From: Microthyrium microscopicum
Taxonomy: Eukaryota
NCBI GenBank assembly: GCA_010405405.1
Contig: MU004231.1
Span: 4,400,689 to 4,464,688, forward strand
Length of the DNA stretch: 64,000 nucleotides
Direction: 5' to 3'
The notes beneath the pieces are model-generated. The model saw only the letters and a program-made list of their open reading frames with translations, was not told the DNA's origin and searched no databases. The translations under genes were made by a program, and so were the position numbers. Within the stretch, counting starts at the first letter, position 1; each line of letters opens with the position of its first letter. This document shows, piece after piece, positions 11,671 to 25,894 of the stretch.

Positions 11671-14600
11671 TCAATCCAACTCTAAAGCACCAACTCCTAT
11701 ATCAAAAACGAAATGCTTTTCCGCCTCTTTCAAATCCATCGTTTGCTGAGGACAAAACAGTCCCACGTCTAGTCCGCCGTCTCTAACAGCAAATTCAATA
11801 TCAATACCAGGCTGTTTAACCATTAGCGCACGCTCATCGTGTTCTTCATCATCACATACCTGATAAACTCCATCATTTCCATCATTTTTTAACTCATCCG
11901 GCTCCGTAAACCCACTAACATCTCTCTCCACAATCTTCGCCCGCGCTGCCAACACCTCATCCATCTCCGCGCGCACCGTCACTGGCCTCTCCTCCCCTTC
12001 GCCTTCTTCAGCACCAAGGAAGTTTACTGTTGTTTCAATACATATACCCGTCCATTCGTATATCTGCCACATTGAAACAGTGCTGTTAGCTAGTTCACGA
12101 ATCTGCGCCAGGTCCCCTTGGATCTGGCGCGCTGTATCGACAATGCTGTTCGAGGGTGTGATTTTCAGGGGCAGGATGTTAAGTGTGGGCACGGTGCTGG
12201 GTGTGTCGGGACGGTTGGCCATGTAGATTCCTAGTACTACTGCTTCTCCGGGCTGAGTGGTGGTTTGTTGGTGGTGGTGGGCGTAGAGTGCTAGGAGGAG
12301 GGCTTGCAGGGAGATGCTGTGTTTTCTGGCGAGGGTTTGGAGAGGGGATATGTCTGGTATGTGGTTTGGTTTGAAGATTTCGATGGTTTGGCCGTTGAAT
12401 GGGGGCTGAAGTTTTGCTGGTATGGGTGGGTGGTTGGAGAGGTAGGCTGTCCAGAATGTTTTGGCGGATCCGATGTTGGGGCTTTGCGTTGAGTTGATGG
12501 CTGCTGAGTGGGCGTTGAGGTTGAACGGCGGCGGAATGGTGCTGGCGTTGAGTATATCTTCGAAACGGGTCATGAGGGTGGCCAGGCTGTAGAGATCGTA
12601 GAGGGCGTGGTGGATTTTGAGATGAAGGGTGAACTTCTTGTTCTCTGTTTCGTGGATATTGACTTGGTGTAGGCATGGCCAATTACTGCTCTTTGAGAGT
12701 TTGGAATCTCTTGGATGTTTTGTTGTACCTTGTGGTTTGCGTATGATTTGTAAGTACCCACGGCCTGAGGAGACGAAACTAGTCCTCAGAATTGGTTCGA
12801 GATTGGCCAATGTTGCCCAGGCTTGCTCGATTCTATCCATATCGACCGATCCTTGAACTTGATATTGGAACTCTGGGTAGAACAGAGCGCCTTTGGAGGC
12901 TTTCCAGATTTCTAAGAAGTATGCCTGTCCAGCACTGGCTTGATAGATTGCTTCGATATCATCTTCAGAAAGACTTGAATGACTGAGCGCTGCCTTCTTG
13001 ATATCGTCCGACAGCAAGTTTTCTTGTTGTGCTGCAATAGGTCCATTGTCAGCAGTTGTAGATTTTATGGCTTCCACGATGCCTAGAACTGTTGGATTTC
13101 GTAACAGATCACTCAGTCGCAGGTTGATATTCGACTTCTTCAGCTGAGCGCATACTTTGATGGCACTGATAGAATCTAGACCCAACGAGAATATTGACGA
13201 TGCCGATGAGATTTCTTGCTTGTCAACACCAGCCACTGCAGCCAAGGCCTCGCGAACGACATTTGCTAGAGGTGAGTTTTCTTGTTTGAGCCCGGCGACT
13301 GGTGTATCAGAGCTCATGTCTTGTAAAATCGAATCATTCAGTTCGAACTCGGGCAAGGCCGCGACAGATACCTTGTTTCCATCACCCCTGAATTGTAAAC
13401 AATCATTTTCGGGCGATTTAACCATAGCTTGTAGCACAATTTCAAGGCAGGATATGATTGACATCTCATCCTCAGCAAGCACTCCCTCTTGGCATGCTGT
13501 TCGCCATACCAAGCCGTCGGTAGTGATCTCAGCCTCGACACAGACAGCATACTCAACACTAGAGTGACTGTCCACAGACGTATAAAGATCGTCAAACTCG
13601 CTACTGCCAGCGTCCGGTCGAGCCTGGAACAAGAACAATGTATCAAATAGCGTCTTGCCCGAAAGATCCGCCAGTTTCTGTGCCTTACGTAGCGGGTATT
13701 GCTGATGTTGACGGATAGAGATGAGATCGTTCTGCACTTCACGGAGGATCTCAGCAAAAGTTCCAACAATGAACGATCTGAAAGCGATCGTGTTCATGGT
13801 GGGAAACATGACCCGTTGAGCTTCCTCGCTATCTCGGCAAGATAGGACGACCCCGTATATGACTTCGAGTACTTCGGCTTTAGATGCTAGAACGAGCGTC
13901 CAGCATGTTTGCGTCAGTGTATGCATCGTGATGCCTTGCTTTTTGCAGAAGGTGCGGAGAACTGGAACCGAGATTGCAGAAATTACCTCCTGGCGGTGGA
14001 CTCGACTTTGCTGTGCACCCAAGGCGGAGAGAAACCATGAGGGACTATCTAGCAAATAGCTACTCCAAAACGACGCGGCTTCAGACTCGGATTGTTGGTT
14101 GATATGTTCCAACACTGAGTCGTATGGGATAACTTCTACCTCCTGGTCGTAATATAATGCTTTGATGTATTCGTGCAACAGCAAGATTGACCATCCATCA
14201 TACAGAGTATGCGGAAGCGAGAGAACTAATAAATTCTGTTGACACTGAGTCACAGTTGTGAGTCGGAGGAGGGAATCGAAAGTTGTTGTGTCTTCAGCGC
14301 GATGCTTTATCTCGTCTAAGACCTTGGAAACGTCCTCGTCGTGTGAGAGCGAAAGTTCCCTCCATGCTATTGAGAAAGCAGGCAAAACAACTTGAGCATA
14401 GGTGCTGTCGATGCCTGGATCTAAAATGGCCAGGAACACAGTTCGCAGGATGTCATTATTGTCAATGGTAGATTGCCAGGCCGTTTTGAGTTTATCGAGG
14501 TCAATCCCAGGATTGATCTTTAGAATATCATGATTGTAGTACTGCGTAAAATTGGAGTTGATCATGGTTGAATACATTCCTTCCTGGAGAGGTGTCGCAG

Positions 14601-17600
14601 GAAAGCACTTGTACGAGCTACTTGCTTCCAGAACTCCAGAGGCTATGAGATACTTTTCTAAGTTGCCGCTCACTTGAGTGAGCGATGGCTTTTTTGATAT
14701 TCCATTCGATGGAAGTATAGCGTGCAATTGTTCCGTGAGTGCTTTTAATGTAGCGTATTGCATTATCATGCTCACTGGTGCATTGATGCCATGTTTCAAG
14801 AGGTTTGCTGACAGTTTAATGACATCGATGCTGTCCAAACCGAGTTCAAATATGGTCTGAGTTGAAGATATGCTGTCAACTTGAACCAACGCTACAGCTG
14901 CAATTTCAGATCGTAGCCGGCGTGCTACTTCGGTCCATTCGAAAGACTCAAGCAATGGTGCTTGATCCTCTGTAGCTCTCTTTGTCTGAGGGATTTCTTT
15001 GGTGTCTCCAGAAGGGATATCGAGCTTCTCGTTGATCGGGCGAGTAGCATCGCTGATCAATAGGCTTAAAGCTATTTCAAATCTGTCCAGTAGTCCTTCG
15101 ATCGTCCCAGTCGTAAAATACTGGCTTTGACCAGTGATACACACTGCGAGAGTCTCATCTCTTAGTTCGGCTTCGAAGTTCAAAGGGTACAATGCTCCAG
15201 GATTCTCATCTTCGAGAGTCCAAAAAGAGTTGTTGTCGTAGTTTTCAACCTCCTCATCTCTGGCCTGGAATGTGAAGAGGTTGTTGAGAGTAGTACTTGG
15301 ATTGGACCGTATAGATTTCAAGACATCTCGTAGAGGAGTTTGTTGGTAGGGGAGTGCTGAGACATTGAATTCATGGCAAGTTTTGAGGAAAGATTCCCAA
15401 GTATTGGTCCTCTGCATTCTTGGTCTGAACAAAATGGTGTTGAACATTGGTCCGATAACCTCAGAAGCTTCTTCAATGTTACCGGTTCGCCCAGAAACTA
15501 CCATTCCGATCACTGGATGGTATTTGTGATGTTCTGTCAGTACCACACTCCAGACAGCTTGTACAATGGCCTGGTAGGTTATGCCTAGTTGTCTCCTGAG
15601 TGTGTCTAGACCTTGGAGGTTTCCAAATACTTTTGATCGACACACTGGCTCATCGTTAGTTGGAGGCTCACTCAATCTTTCCAGAGAGACCGGAACTGGG
15701 CCATTCAGAACTTCTTTCCAAAATCTGTCACTGTCTGGTAGCAGAGTGAAAGCACCTTGGTGGAACAGATCATGATATCTAGGTCCGTATGAGATTTGAG
15801 GTTTCCCATCATATAGCTTTCGGACAAGTGTCAGTAGAAGACCAAGCGCTATCCCGTCGTAGATGGCGTGATAAATATGCAGGACCAGGTAAAGACAGTC
15901 CGAGCCTTCCAGTAGGACTAAAGATAATGGCTCATGCATCGTGTGTTGAAGGATGCTTGATTCAATCCATTGAGACCGAGACTTGGCAATGGCATCTTTC
16001 AATTCAGAATAGTCGCTTATGCAGATTTCTTGCCAAGGTAGAGCTTTAGACTTTAGAATAGCCTGAATCAACACCTCGGATTGAAGGAAGCATGTCCTCA
16101 AGATGTCCAGGTTTTGGTATGCATCATTCCAAGCTGTTCGCAATCTAGTCTTATCGATGTTTTCTGCCAGTTTCATCTTGAAGGTAACAAAGTAATGATC
16201 AGTTTTGCCACGTAATGTTTCGGAGACGATTCCTTCTTGTAAGGCAGTGCACGGAGTGACAACTTTCAGATCGGAAATCTTGATACCCAAAGCTCTCGAT
16301 GTCGTGGATACGTATTTGTGATGGAATACCGTGGCTCGATGCTTCTCTCTTAGAGAGTTATTACGGTCTGCTGAACTTTGGTCATGGCTTCGAAGCGCCT
16401 GGGAAAGACTTGAGACTACAGGATGCTGCAGCATCAATGAGGGTGATGCTAAATCGTATCCTGATTGCTTCAGTAAGCGTGATAGTCGAATGGCTGATAT
16501 AGAGTCTAGTCCCAGCTCAAGTATGTTTGAGGATGGAGTGATGTTTACTATTGGAATTGAGAAATTTTCTGACAGCACACTAGCAATGCGACTCTCTTCA
16601 CTGTTCAACCTCGTCCTTATATCAACCCCAAAGCTTTGGATTTGCTCTAAACTGGTCAGCTCAAATAGTGCAGTCAGTTTCTTCTTGTCCACTTTGTTAT
16701 TTGGAGTTAATGGTATGGTAGATACGGGCAAGATGTGAGTCGGTACCATGTAAGGTGGGAGCTTACTTCTGCAAGCTTCGAGGATATCAGATACTACAGC
16801 TCGACCTTGCTCATCGAATGCTAGCGATTGAGGATGCTTCCAAGTCGTTTTTACTGTTGCAATGACGAAGGACACTAATTGTTGTCGCTGCTGCTTGGGG
16901 TGGCGCAGGACAAAGGTTGCAACATCGTGAACTCGTGAAAAACTTTTGATAACATTGTCGATCTCGCCTATCTCCAGTCTTTGGCCTCGAAGTTTGATCT
17001 GGTCATCTTTGCGACCCAGAAACTCGTATGTGCCATCATGAAAAAGTCGAACCAGGTCTCCTGTCCGGTATACTCTTTCTCCAAAGCGTCCCAGAAAGGG
17101 AAACTTGACGTCAGTCAGTCTCTCGTTATTAAGATAGCCTTTACCAACGAGCTTCCCAGAGCAACACAGCTCACCAACGCCACCTCGAATAACGGGAATG
17201 TCTGTACCAGGCTTAAGGACAAAACAGCCGACGTTGTCAAATTGATGTCCTATATTCGAAGGCTTGCCATTCTCAGGCACACGACGAAACATTGTACAAC
17301 CAATGGTGAGCTCTGTAGGACCATATCCATTGAATATGGCACTTTTGGCTCCCCAAATATCCAGTATATCCTGGCGAAGAGCTTCTCCTCCAGTGATAAA
17401 TACACCACCGCAGAGCGAAGGGATCTCGTCGGGGCTAGTCAATGTTGCAGCAAGACTCGGAGTCAGGTCAAGGTGCGTAATTTCTACCTTCTTGATAAAC
17501 CCTTCAATATCTTCAAGAATAAGATCTCGTGGAGCGGAAACAACACGAATGCCTTCTGACCAACTCCAAAACTGCTCCATGACAGACACATCAAAGTGGA

Positions 17601-20600
17601 ACGAGGCAAATTGGAGCCATTTTGATCTTTTGTTCCAACGGCCGGCGAATTGGATTGAGAATGCTCGCATGGCTTGCACGGCATTTTGGTGTGTCAACTC
17701 GCAGCCTTTCGGAAGACCTGTTGAGCCGCTCGTGTAGAGGCAATAACATAGATCGTTTGGAGATATAAATACTGCTTTGGGCTTGGGATCAATATTATGT
17801 GCCGGCAAGCTGTCTGCTAGGATGACTTTGACCGAGTTCAAGTCTAAAAAGTCGAACTTGTGCTCCATAGATTTGGTGGTAAGTACGATAGTTGCTCCAG
17901 AATCACGAATGATATGCTTTTTTCGTTCGTCTGGCGCGTTTGGGTCAATAGCGACATAGCCATATCCTGCTTTAAGTATACCCAGAATTGAAAAGGAAGC
18001 TTCGGGGCATTTCTCAAAGCATATTGCCACCATGGCACTTTTCCCAGTAACTGTTTTCTGGACGTGACTTGCGATGCGATTGCCTTCAAAGTCCAGTTGG
18101 GCATAAGTCCAAGTCTGGCTCTCAATATCAGGACCATGGATACTGGTGATAAACTCCAAGGCTATATTCCGGGGGTTTAACTCTGCTTGCCGTTCCACGA
18201 ATTGATGCAGTAAGGATACTGGGCTTGAAAGTGCCTTGACCTTTGGAGGAAGAACAGAAATAAGACTCTGGTGGAAATTCACTTCTCTAGAATCATTTTG
18301 GTCGAGAAGCTGATAAAATAGTTGGTCAAACTGCCGCAACATGATTTTGGCTTGCTTTACTGGTAATTTTGCTTCATCGAACGTGGCTCTTATCAAGAGC
18401 TCACCAGAGCGACGTGGTTCCAACTCAATAGAAACAGTGTACTCATCAGTGGCAACTTCCTCCACAAGCTTCCAAGATACACTCTCAATATCTAGTGGCA
18501 ATTGCTGAATTACAACTATAGTATCAAAGAGGGGTTCATTTGGAAGTCCAGCCCAGTAAGATATGTCCTTGCTCTGGCAAAACTGATGTCGACGTATCCC
18601 AGAATTGAAATTCATGATGCTTTTCAAAAGCTGTTCATTGTCATTCGTAACTCGACATGAAAAAGGTACTGTCGTGAGACAGGGAAAAACAGCGTTCTCG
18701 GCTTCGGGAATCACATCTCTTCCAGAGAGAACAACACCGAACATGACTACTGGTTCATTTGTATATGCAGAGAGTATATGAGCCCAGGTAGCCTGAGCAG
18801 CGGCCTGCAACGAAATCCCAGCAGCTCTCAGTGAACCGTTCAGCTGATCCATTGTCTTAACTGATGTTATTTCCTCCATTTTTGTGTTGGATGGATAGCG
18901 AAGTGGTGATAAATCCGGAAATCTGGTTGGGCCTGCCTCTCCGATGGAGCCTTCGCCTAGATGCTCTCCCCAAAATGTAGCATGAGAGCTAGACTTGCTC
19001 AAAGTGTCTTCTGCTAGACTACCTGCTATGATTGAAGAAATGATGAGATCACTGGAATCTGGAGCAGGCAGAGGCAAGTTTTTCTTCGTGAATAGCTCTG
19101 CTAGGTCTCTCAAGAGCATTTGCAGACATTGAGCATCAAACAAAGCATGCAACAGACCCATGTGTAAATGCAAGCGTTGCTTTGACTTAGTGATCATATA
19201 CCTCCAAGGGGGACGGGTAATGTCCTGATGACACCTTGCAATCGTGTCTTTTCGCCATTGAAGAATCTGTTCTCTGGTAAGCAGTAGAGCTGTATGATTC
19301 TCTGGAAAATGGTCAATCTGTTGGTAAATAACCATGGAAAATTCAGATATCTTGCTTTGGTTGGGAACAAATCCAGTTCGCAAGATAGCGTGCCTGGCAA
19401 CCAATTGTGTAAATGCTGTCACCACATATGACACAGTTGTCCCGTGTGGTATTTCGAATGTCATACAGTTGAAATAACGATTCCCAGTTCTAATGAATTG
19501 TGCCAGAAGTCCTGATTGTGCTGGAGTGCAAGGCCTGATGCTTTCTATACGTTTGTCGAATTGAAGTGGACTCAACGCTAGCGTTTTGGTGACATTGGCT
19601 TTAGACGCCTCCTCGTACTCTGCCAGGTTGAATGGTAATGGGGAAGGCTCTGGCTGATTATCGAGTCCTTCATCCATGAGCTTTGCCAGATCTCTAAGAA
19701 CCGGTCTTTCAAGAATATCTGAGCTTGCTACTCTTCTGCCAGTAGCCTTACTAATCTCCACCGCAAGCTGTATGGCACCGATACTGTCCACTCCTAGGTG
19801 ATAAATGGATGTCGAAGGACGTATATTACTATAAGAAACTCCGGTGAATGCTTGTAATATGCTGAAAAGACTTGTCTCCGCCGTAGACAAGGAAATAAAC
19901 GGGGTATCTTGGGTATTTGTTGAATTTGTTGATGGCTTAGAGTATAAAATAGAGGCAAGTGCCGGGTATCTCAAGGGGGTATCTTTTTTGGCGTTCATCA
20001 TTGAAGAAGATGGGAATCTTAAGAAGTTATTAAAAATGGAAACAAATGACTGGCACATTTCGGTGGCACAATGGGGAGAGATAATTTGCCTAAAGAGTCA
20101 GTTTAGGGATATATACTCATATGCGTTCTTTTTAACTTACGAATCATAATGCAAGTTCAGGGATAAAGAGTTGCTCGAGGCTTGGGGAACGACTTCAAAC
20201 ACTAGAGGGTACTAGAATTTTGTCAATAGTTGTCTTCTCGGATTGAAGAGGAAACTGACTGCCATGTTTCCCACATCGGACTGAAGAGTCCAAACCGTTT
20301 CATCGAGTATGTAAGATTCATGCTGTACGAGTAATAAAATGTTGAAAAGGCCAGCCTGGGAAAACCCCAAGTGAGACTGTATAGCGCGAAGTGGAGTCAA
20401 TTGATATTCCTGTGATTCAATTGAAAGATTCTGCAGATCTTGGATCAAACTCAGTGCTTCGGAATATTCAGAGATATCGACTCTGACGGGGATAGTGTTG
20501 AAAGTAGGAAACACTAGGCGCTCGAGGCCATCCAAAGGGTATATACGACCACTAACAATAGTGCCAAAACAAATGTCGTCTTTTCCGAATACAGATCCAA

Positions 20601-23600
20601 CAACATTGGCCAAGGTTGCTTGGCTTGCCGACAGCAGTGAAGCAGAGATATCATAGCTCTTTCGGTTGAACAGGCTTAGGTCAATAATATTAGCTGTAGT
20701 AGACTTGTATGGTTTTCTGGTTTCTGCTCTGAAAAGTGTTGGAGAAAATGAATCCAGTTTTTTAGCCCAGTATTGAAGATTCTTTTGCGAACGCTGAGCT
20801 TGAATACGATTCAAGAATGGCTCAACCGGAATAGCCTTTGGTAAAGGCGTCCCTCGATAGACCATTTCTACCTCATTGATGACTTGTTGTATTGCTGTGG
20901 CATCATAAACAGCATGATGGCATGCAAACTGGAGATGGTCGTGAGAGCCTATTTTGGCGAATCGTAGATACACTGGAGGCAAGTGGTGCTCTAAATTTCT
21001 GAGGACCAGTATCGGCAAATTCCTTCCGAGTTCGCTATTCATCACTTCACTGTTGGTGTTTTCATCCCCATCAGCCCAGTGATCCGACCAGCCGTCCAAA
21101 ACTACCTGGACAAAAGGATAATCTAGATTGCTGGACTGAACAAACGCCGTGCGAAATATTTCATGCCTCTGGAGAACCACAGTCCACGCTGCCTTAAACC
21201 TCTCGACTGAGCCAGTCAAATGAAACTGCATAACGTTGCAATAAGCATCGGATGATGAATCGGTAGCTGACAGCATGGCTTCTTGAAGTGGTGTACATGG
21301 CAACATCTTGACAACACGCAAATCGTTCTCGCTGAAGAAGGATAGGACTTGTTGTTTGTGATCGTCAGAAAGAAATGGATCGACGAATGCCGGTTTGCTG
21401 TCCTGTAGGCCATCTACCGAGCTTTGAAGAGCCTTTGCCAGCTTTCTGATAGTTGGATTTTCGAGGATGAGAGCAATAGACGCGTTTTCATATCCCAAGT
21501 CGCGCAGGCTTTTTGCAAGGGAGATGGCTTGTATCGAGTCAATTCCGTATCTTGACATAGGAGCGGCACTGTTAAACTTCGATATTGGCGTTTTCGTGAT
21601 CTGTTGAATCAATCGCCATATCTGATCCTCTTCTAGGGTGCTTTGATACTCGATATCTTCCAATGCGGTGTGTTCTATTACTGTTGAGTCCATATTGATG
21701 TTACCATCGCGAGACATGATGCTCGCCCAGTCATCCGATACCAACTCTGGTGGGAGATCTAGAACCATGGTATTTGGGGTCTTTACGAATAGCGCAGCCA
21801 GCTTGTCAACATGCTGAAGAAACCAGGAAGCTGAGTTTTGATCGAAAACAGAGGTATCATAGACAAGTTTTCCAGCTAATTCTGATTCTTGCGGCTCGAT
21901 CTCAAGTGTAAGCTTAAATTCCAAATGGTCATTAGAGCTCTCAACAATAGCCACATCTGATTCTTCGATATCATTGCTGACTAGTGATTCCTGCCAGATG
22001 AACAAGGCCTCTGTAATAGGCTTGCCCAGTGGAATTTCGGCGGCTTTTTTAAGATCACTCATTGACGCTAGGGAGTTCTCAACTAGCCTTCGATTCAAGA
22101 GATGTAACCTGGCTAGGAGATCAATGACCTCTCTTGCATGATTTATGTTGATTCTTAGTGGCAGTGTTGTCATACAAGGTCCAACCACGGATTCCAGTCC
22201 CGATATTGGCAGTGTTCGACCAGACGTGACAGCACCTAGGATAACCTCGGCCTGTTCGACTTTGGCAGCAATAAGGCAGATAAATGCAGCTTGAAATACG
22301 CATTGCGGGGTGACACCCATACGTGCTGTGTAAGAGCGCAGCTTGTCTAGGGGAAGGGAGAAGGATGTTGTTGCCACTCCCGGTTCTGATGATTTTGTGG
22401 GAGATGAGCTTGATATCAGCGTTGGTGAGCACTGCGAAAGATGCCGCTGCCAGTAATCCAACGAAGGGCCTTTATCTGCTGTGTGATAATACTCCTGGAC
22501 AACGCCATAAGGGACTCGGGGTGCTAATGGCAGGCCGGAGCATAGATCTTGTAGGTCCTTGAGAATGAGATCCATTGACCAGCCATCAAAGCAAGCATGA
22601 TGTATTGTAAGGTGGACACGAGTAGAACCTTGTCTTCGTTGGACCCAAAATTGAACGGGCAAATCCAGTGATAGTGTTGTATCATTTCCTTCATCAAATA
22701 AGATCGGCACTGAGGTTGCCTGGCGAACCAATTGCACAAATGGAAAGCCATCCACTGGTGTCTCGGTAAATCCAGAACGTAGTATTTCATTCTTCTGAAC
22801 CAAATCTTCAATGATTGATTGTATTTCTGGATTTGATAGTGTACTCGGAAACTTGATTGTGAACCAATTCCAGTAGGCGTCGGGATTTTTGAGAGATTCG
22901 ATGAGCATTCCTAGTTGTATTGGCGAGCATTTCCGGACACTTTCAGCGTCAGTCCAGGTGGTCCGGAGGTGCTTCTGGTATTCCGGCCACTCTTCCAGCC
23001 TTTCGAGACTTGGGCTGGGCTTCTCCTGTGTGAGAGTGGGTCTGATGTCAGACTGAACCATTTTGGCAATATCTCTGACATATCTACACTTCATCAGCTC
23101 AACAGGAAATACCTCGATTCCTGCATCTCTAAGTTTGGATGCCACTACGATTGTTAACAGAGAATCGATACCAGCTCCAATCAATGATGAATGGACATCA
23201 AATTCTCTCCCAATGCATTCTTGAACGATGCGGTGAATCTTGCGACTATTCTCATCAACATTCTCGTCACTGCTTCCTGATTGTCCAGTATGTTGTCTAT
23301 ACTGGGTTTCAAGTGCTGTTTTATCCACTTTACCAGAAGACAAATGCGGAAAATTTGGCAGAAGGACTACATCTCCAGGAATCATGAAAGATGGTAGCCA
23401 TTTCTGACAAGCTGCTGTTATATCCTCTTCACTTACATCCTTTTCAGCGCAACAGAAAAGTACAAGATTGTTAGAAATGATACTTGCGGCAGCGACTTTA
23501 CAGCCAGGAGCGAGCAAGGCGGTTTGTTCAATTTCACCCAATTCTACTCGCTGCCCTCTCAATTTGACTTGACCGGTTGAAATCCGACCCAAACACTCAA

Positions 23601-25341
23601 TTGAGCCATTTGGCAAGATGCGAGCTTTGTCACCAGTTCGATAAAGTCGCCCCAATTTAGGATCATCAATAAAGGCTGCACTTGTTTGATCCGGTCGATT
23701 GATGTATTTGTCTGCGAGTTGAGGACCACCAACGGCAAGTTCACCCACAAACCCAACTGGAAGAACTACCAACTCATCGTACAACTCCGAGCTTGCAGGG
23801 GCAACAACGCAAGACAATACGGAGTCCAGGGGAAAGCCAATGTTGCCAACTCTATATGAAGACTTGAATGCTGGTTGTAGGGTACAGTGGATGGCTGCTT
23901 CAGTAGGACCATACATGGCCCAAAGTATCGGTTCTTGAACATCACTACCACCAAACTCTTCAATCACAGGCTTGGTAAGCATCTCGCCAATCGTCAGCAG
24001 TAGCTTGAGTTTTGGCACTGCCGATCTGCGCTGTAGTAAAGAGCTAGCAACGGTTGGTGTCAATTCCGCCGCATCGACATCAAGTGCGTTCATGAACCCA
24101 GGCAAGTCATTGAGAAGAGTTCGCCTATCACAGCATATCAGAGTAGCTTGTCGATAGAAAGTGAAGAATATCTCAAAAAGTGAAACGTCGAACGTGGGAG
24201 CTGCGAATTGGAGAAACCGATAAAATTTGGGAATGTGTCGATCGTGGGCTAGTAAACTTTGTGTGGCTGCTCGATGAGAAATTGGCACGCCTTTGGGTTT
24301 GCCAGTGCTTCCACTGGTGTACATGATATATGCAGTTGATTCGGTGGTAATCTGATAGACAGGTTCATGACTTTTGCTCGCTGAATTGTTTTCATGTTTG
24401 TCGACTATCAAACAGGGGCAACCAAGGGACTTTAGACGATCGGAACTTGCTTGGGTAGTCAGCACCAAAGGCGCAGAGATATCGGCTACTATAAATTGTA
24501 GTCTCTCATCTGGCGCGTCCGAGTTGATAGGACAGAATGCACATCCACTCTTCATGATGGCTAGCTGGGCAATGTAAAGATCGACGGATTGCGGCAATAA
24601 TATGGCAATCGATGGCTGAGAAGAAAAAGATGCATGCTGTAATGAGGCCTGTATGCGCGCTGCAAGCTGGTCACTGCGATTTTGTAGTTCATGATATGAT
24701 ACCACCATCCTTACACCATCAGCATCTTGATACTCTATTGCACAGTCTGCTCCGTCGTGATCGACCAAATCATGGAGCAACTCCGGGCCTAGTAGAACTT
24801 GTGGTCTGGAATTGAGAATGGCTGAGCCTAGACTCTTGAGATGAGATATTGGTATATCTTGTGACCCATGTTGTTGAATCCATTGCAAAGCGAGACGTAA
24901 GTGCTCTGATATCTGTTGAAGATGATCGAGAGGAACTATTCCATTACATTGAATCTTGATTTTCTGAGCCTTCACGTCGCAGAGTATTGCTAGAGAGACT
25001 TCTTGCTGGGCTTGAGGCTGGAAGAAGATACCTGTCAACCTGCTTTGGTAGCTTTTCGTATTTGATGGGTTCGATTCCAGTTTCTCCAGGGTCCATGGAT
25101 TTGTTGTGATCTTTACGATTCCAGCGTCCGTGAGAAATATCAGCTCTTCGTTTCCTGTGTATGACTTTAGGACAGAAGCCCAAGCATAGAGAAGTCGCTC
25201 CTCATCATCGGACTCGAATCTCATGTAGACCTCTTCGCGTCTCAAGGCTCCATGATCTTCCGGTTCTTCAAGAAAAAGACTTGGAAAGCGCGTAGGACCC
25301 GTAACGCGTCCCATTACATGATGGTTCGGCTGAGAACCCAT
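11671..25341 (-). CDS. sidC: Ferrichrome/ferricrocin-family siderophore nonribosomal peptide synthetase (SidC/NPS2-like), ~4,500 aa, A-T-C-T-C-T-C-A-T-C-T-C-T-C
   Basis: Two A domains (YTSGSTGxPKG, YGPTE, YRTGD, KLRGQR), six T motifs (G[IVL]DS) and six C motifs (HxxxD). The two ORF-track pieces join in frame through introns 20212-20259 and 20090-20140. There is a probable in-frame intron at 11812-11859. The terminal A-T-C-T-C-T-C is typical of this family. Confidence 0.92.
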
Positions 25342-25862
25342 GACGCACAAGTCGCGAGCGAATTTGAAGTCAACATATATCTCTCATAAAAAAATGAAAC
25401 ACTGCAAAAGGTTCTTGCAAAGCTTTCAGTTGTCTAGGTCCATAATAAAGTGCCGACGTCGGCATGCTTAAATTCAAGGCGAAGCAATAATCATGCTTCT
25501 GGCCAACAATGGCAGGCAGGAGGCTTCGTTTTCCAGCAAATAAGTGGGGGCGTGACGACAAGGACAAGCCTTGACTAACAAAAGTCATCACGTCATAAAA
25601 AGCAAACAAGAAATTGGATTCATGGCATAAATCTAGTCAATTTCGTCTATCTGTAGGAACTTGTATGCTTTATCAAATTCAGGTGCTACTAGATATCTGT
25701 AGTTGTTTTGACTGCTAGCATTAATAGCTAGGGCGCCCTCTACGCTGTCAGTCCCGCCCAAGAGAGGGCGGCTCACAACATTCTAACTCCTTTGTTATAT
25801 CTCGTCAAATGCTGTGAAGTTATATATTGGATTCTTCAATTCTGCGCAGAGTAGTTAAAATA

Positions 25863-25894
25863 CCAATGATAACACTAAGATAAACCGACTATCT
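25863..25894. promoter_or_regulatory. Cluster of three HGATAR sites plus CCAAT: candidate SreA-type iron-repression element
   Basis: CCAAT at 25863, TGATAA at 25867, AGATAA at 25878 and CTATCT at 25889, ~520 bp upstream of the NRPS ATG. Confidence 0.45.

Noticed and set aside
11671..25350. Two separate NRPS genes or a frameshifted pseudogene
   Set aside because: Canonical introns join the ORFs in frame.
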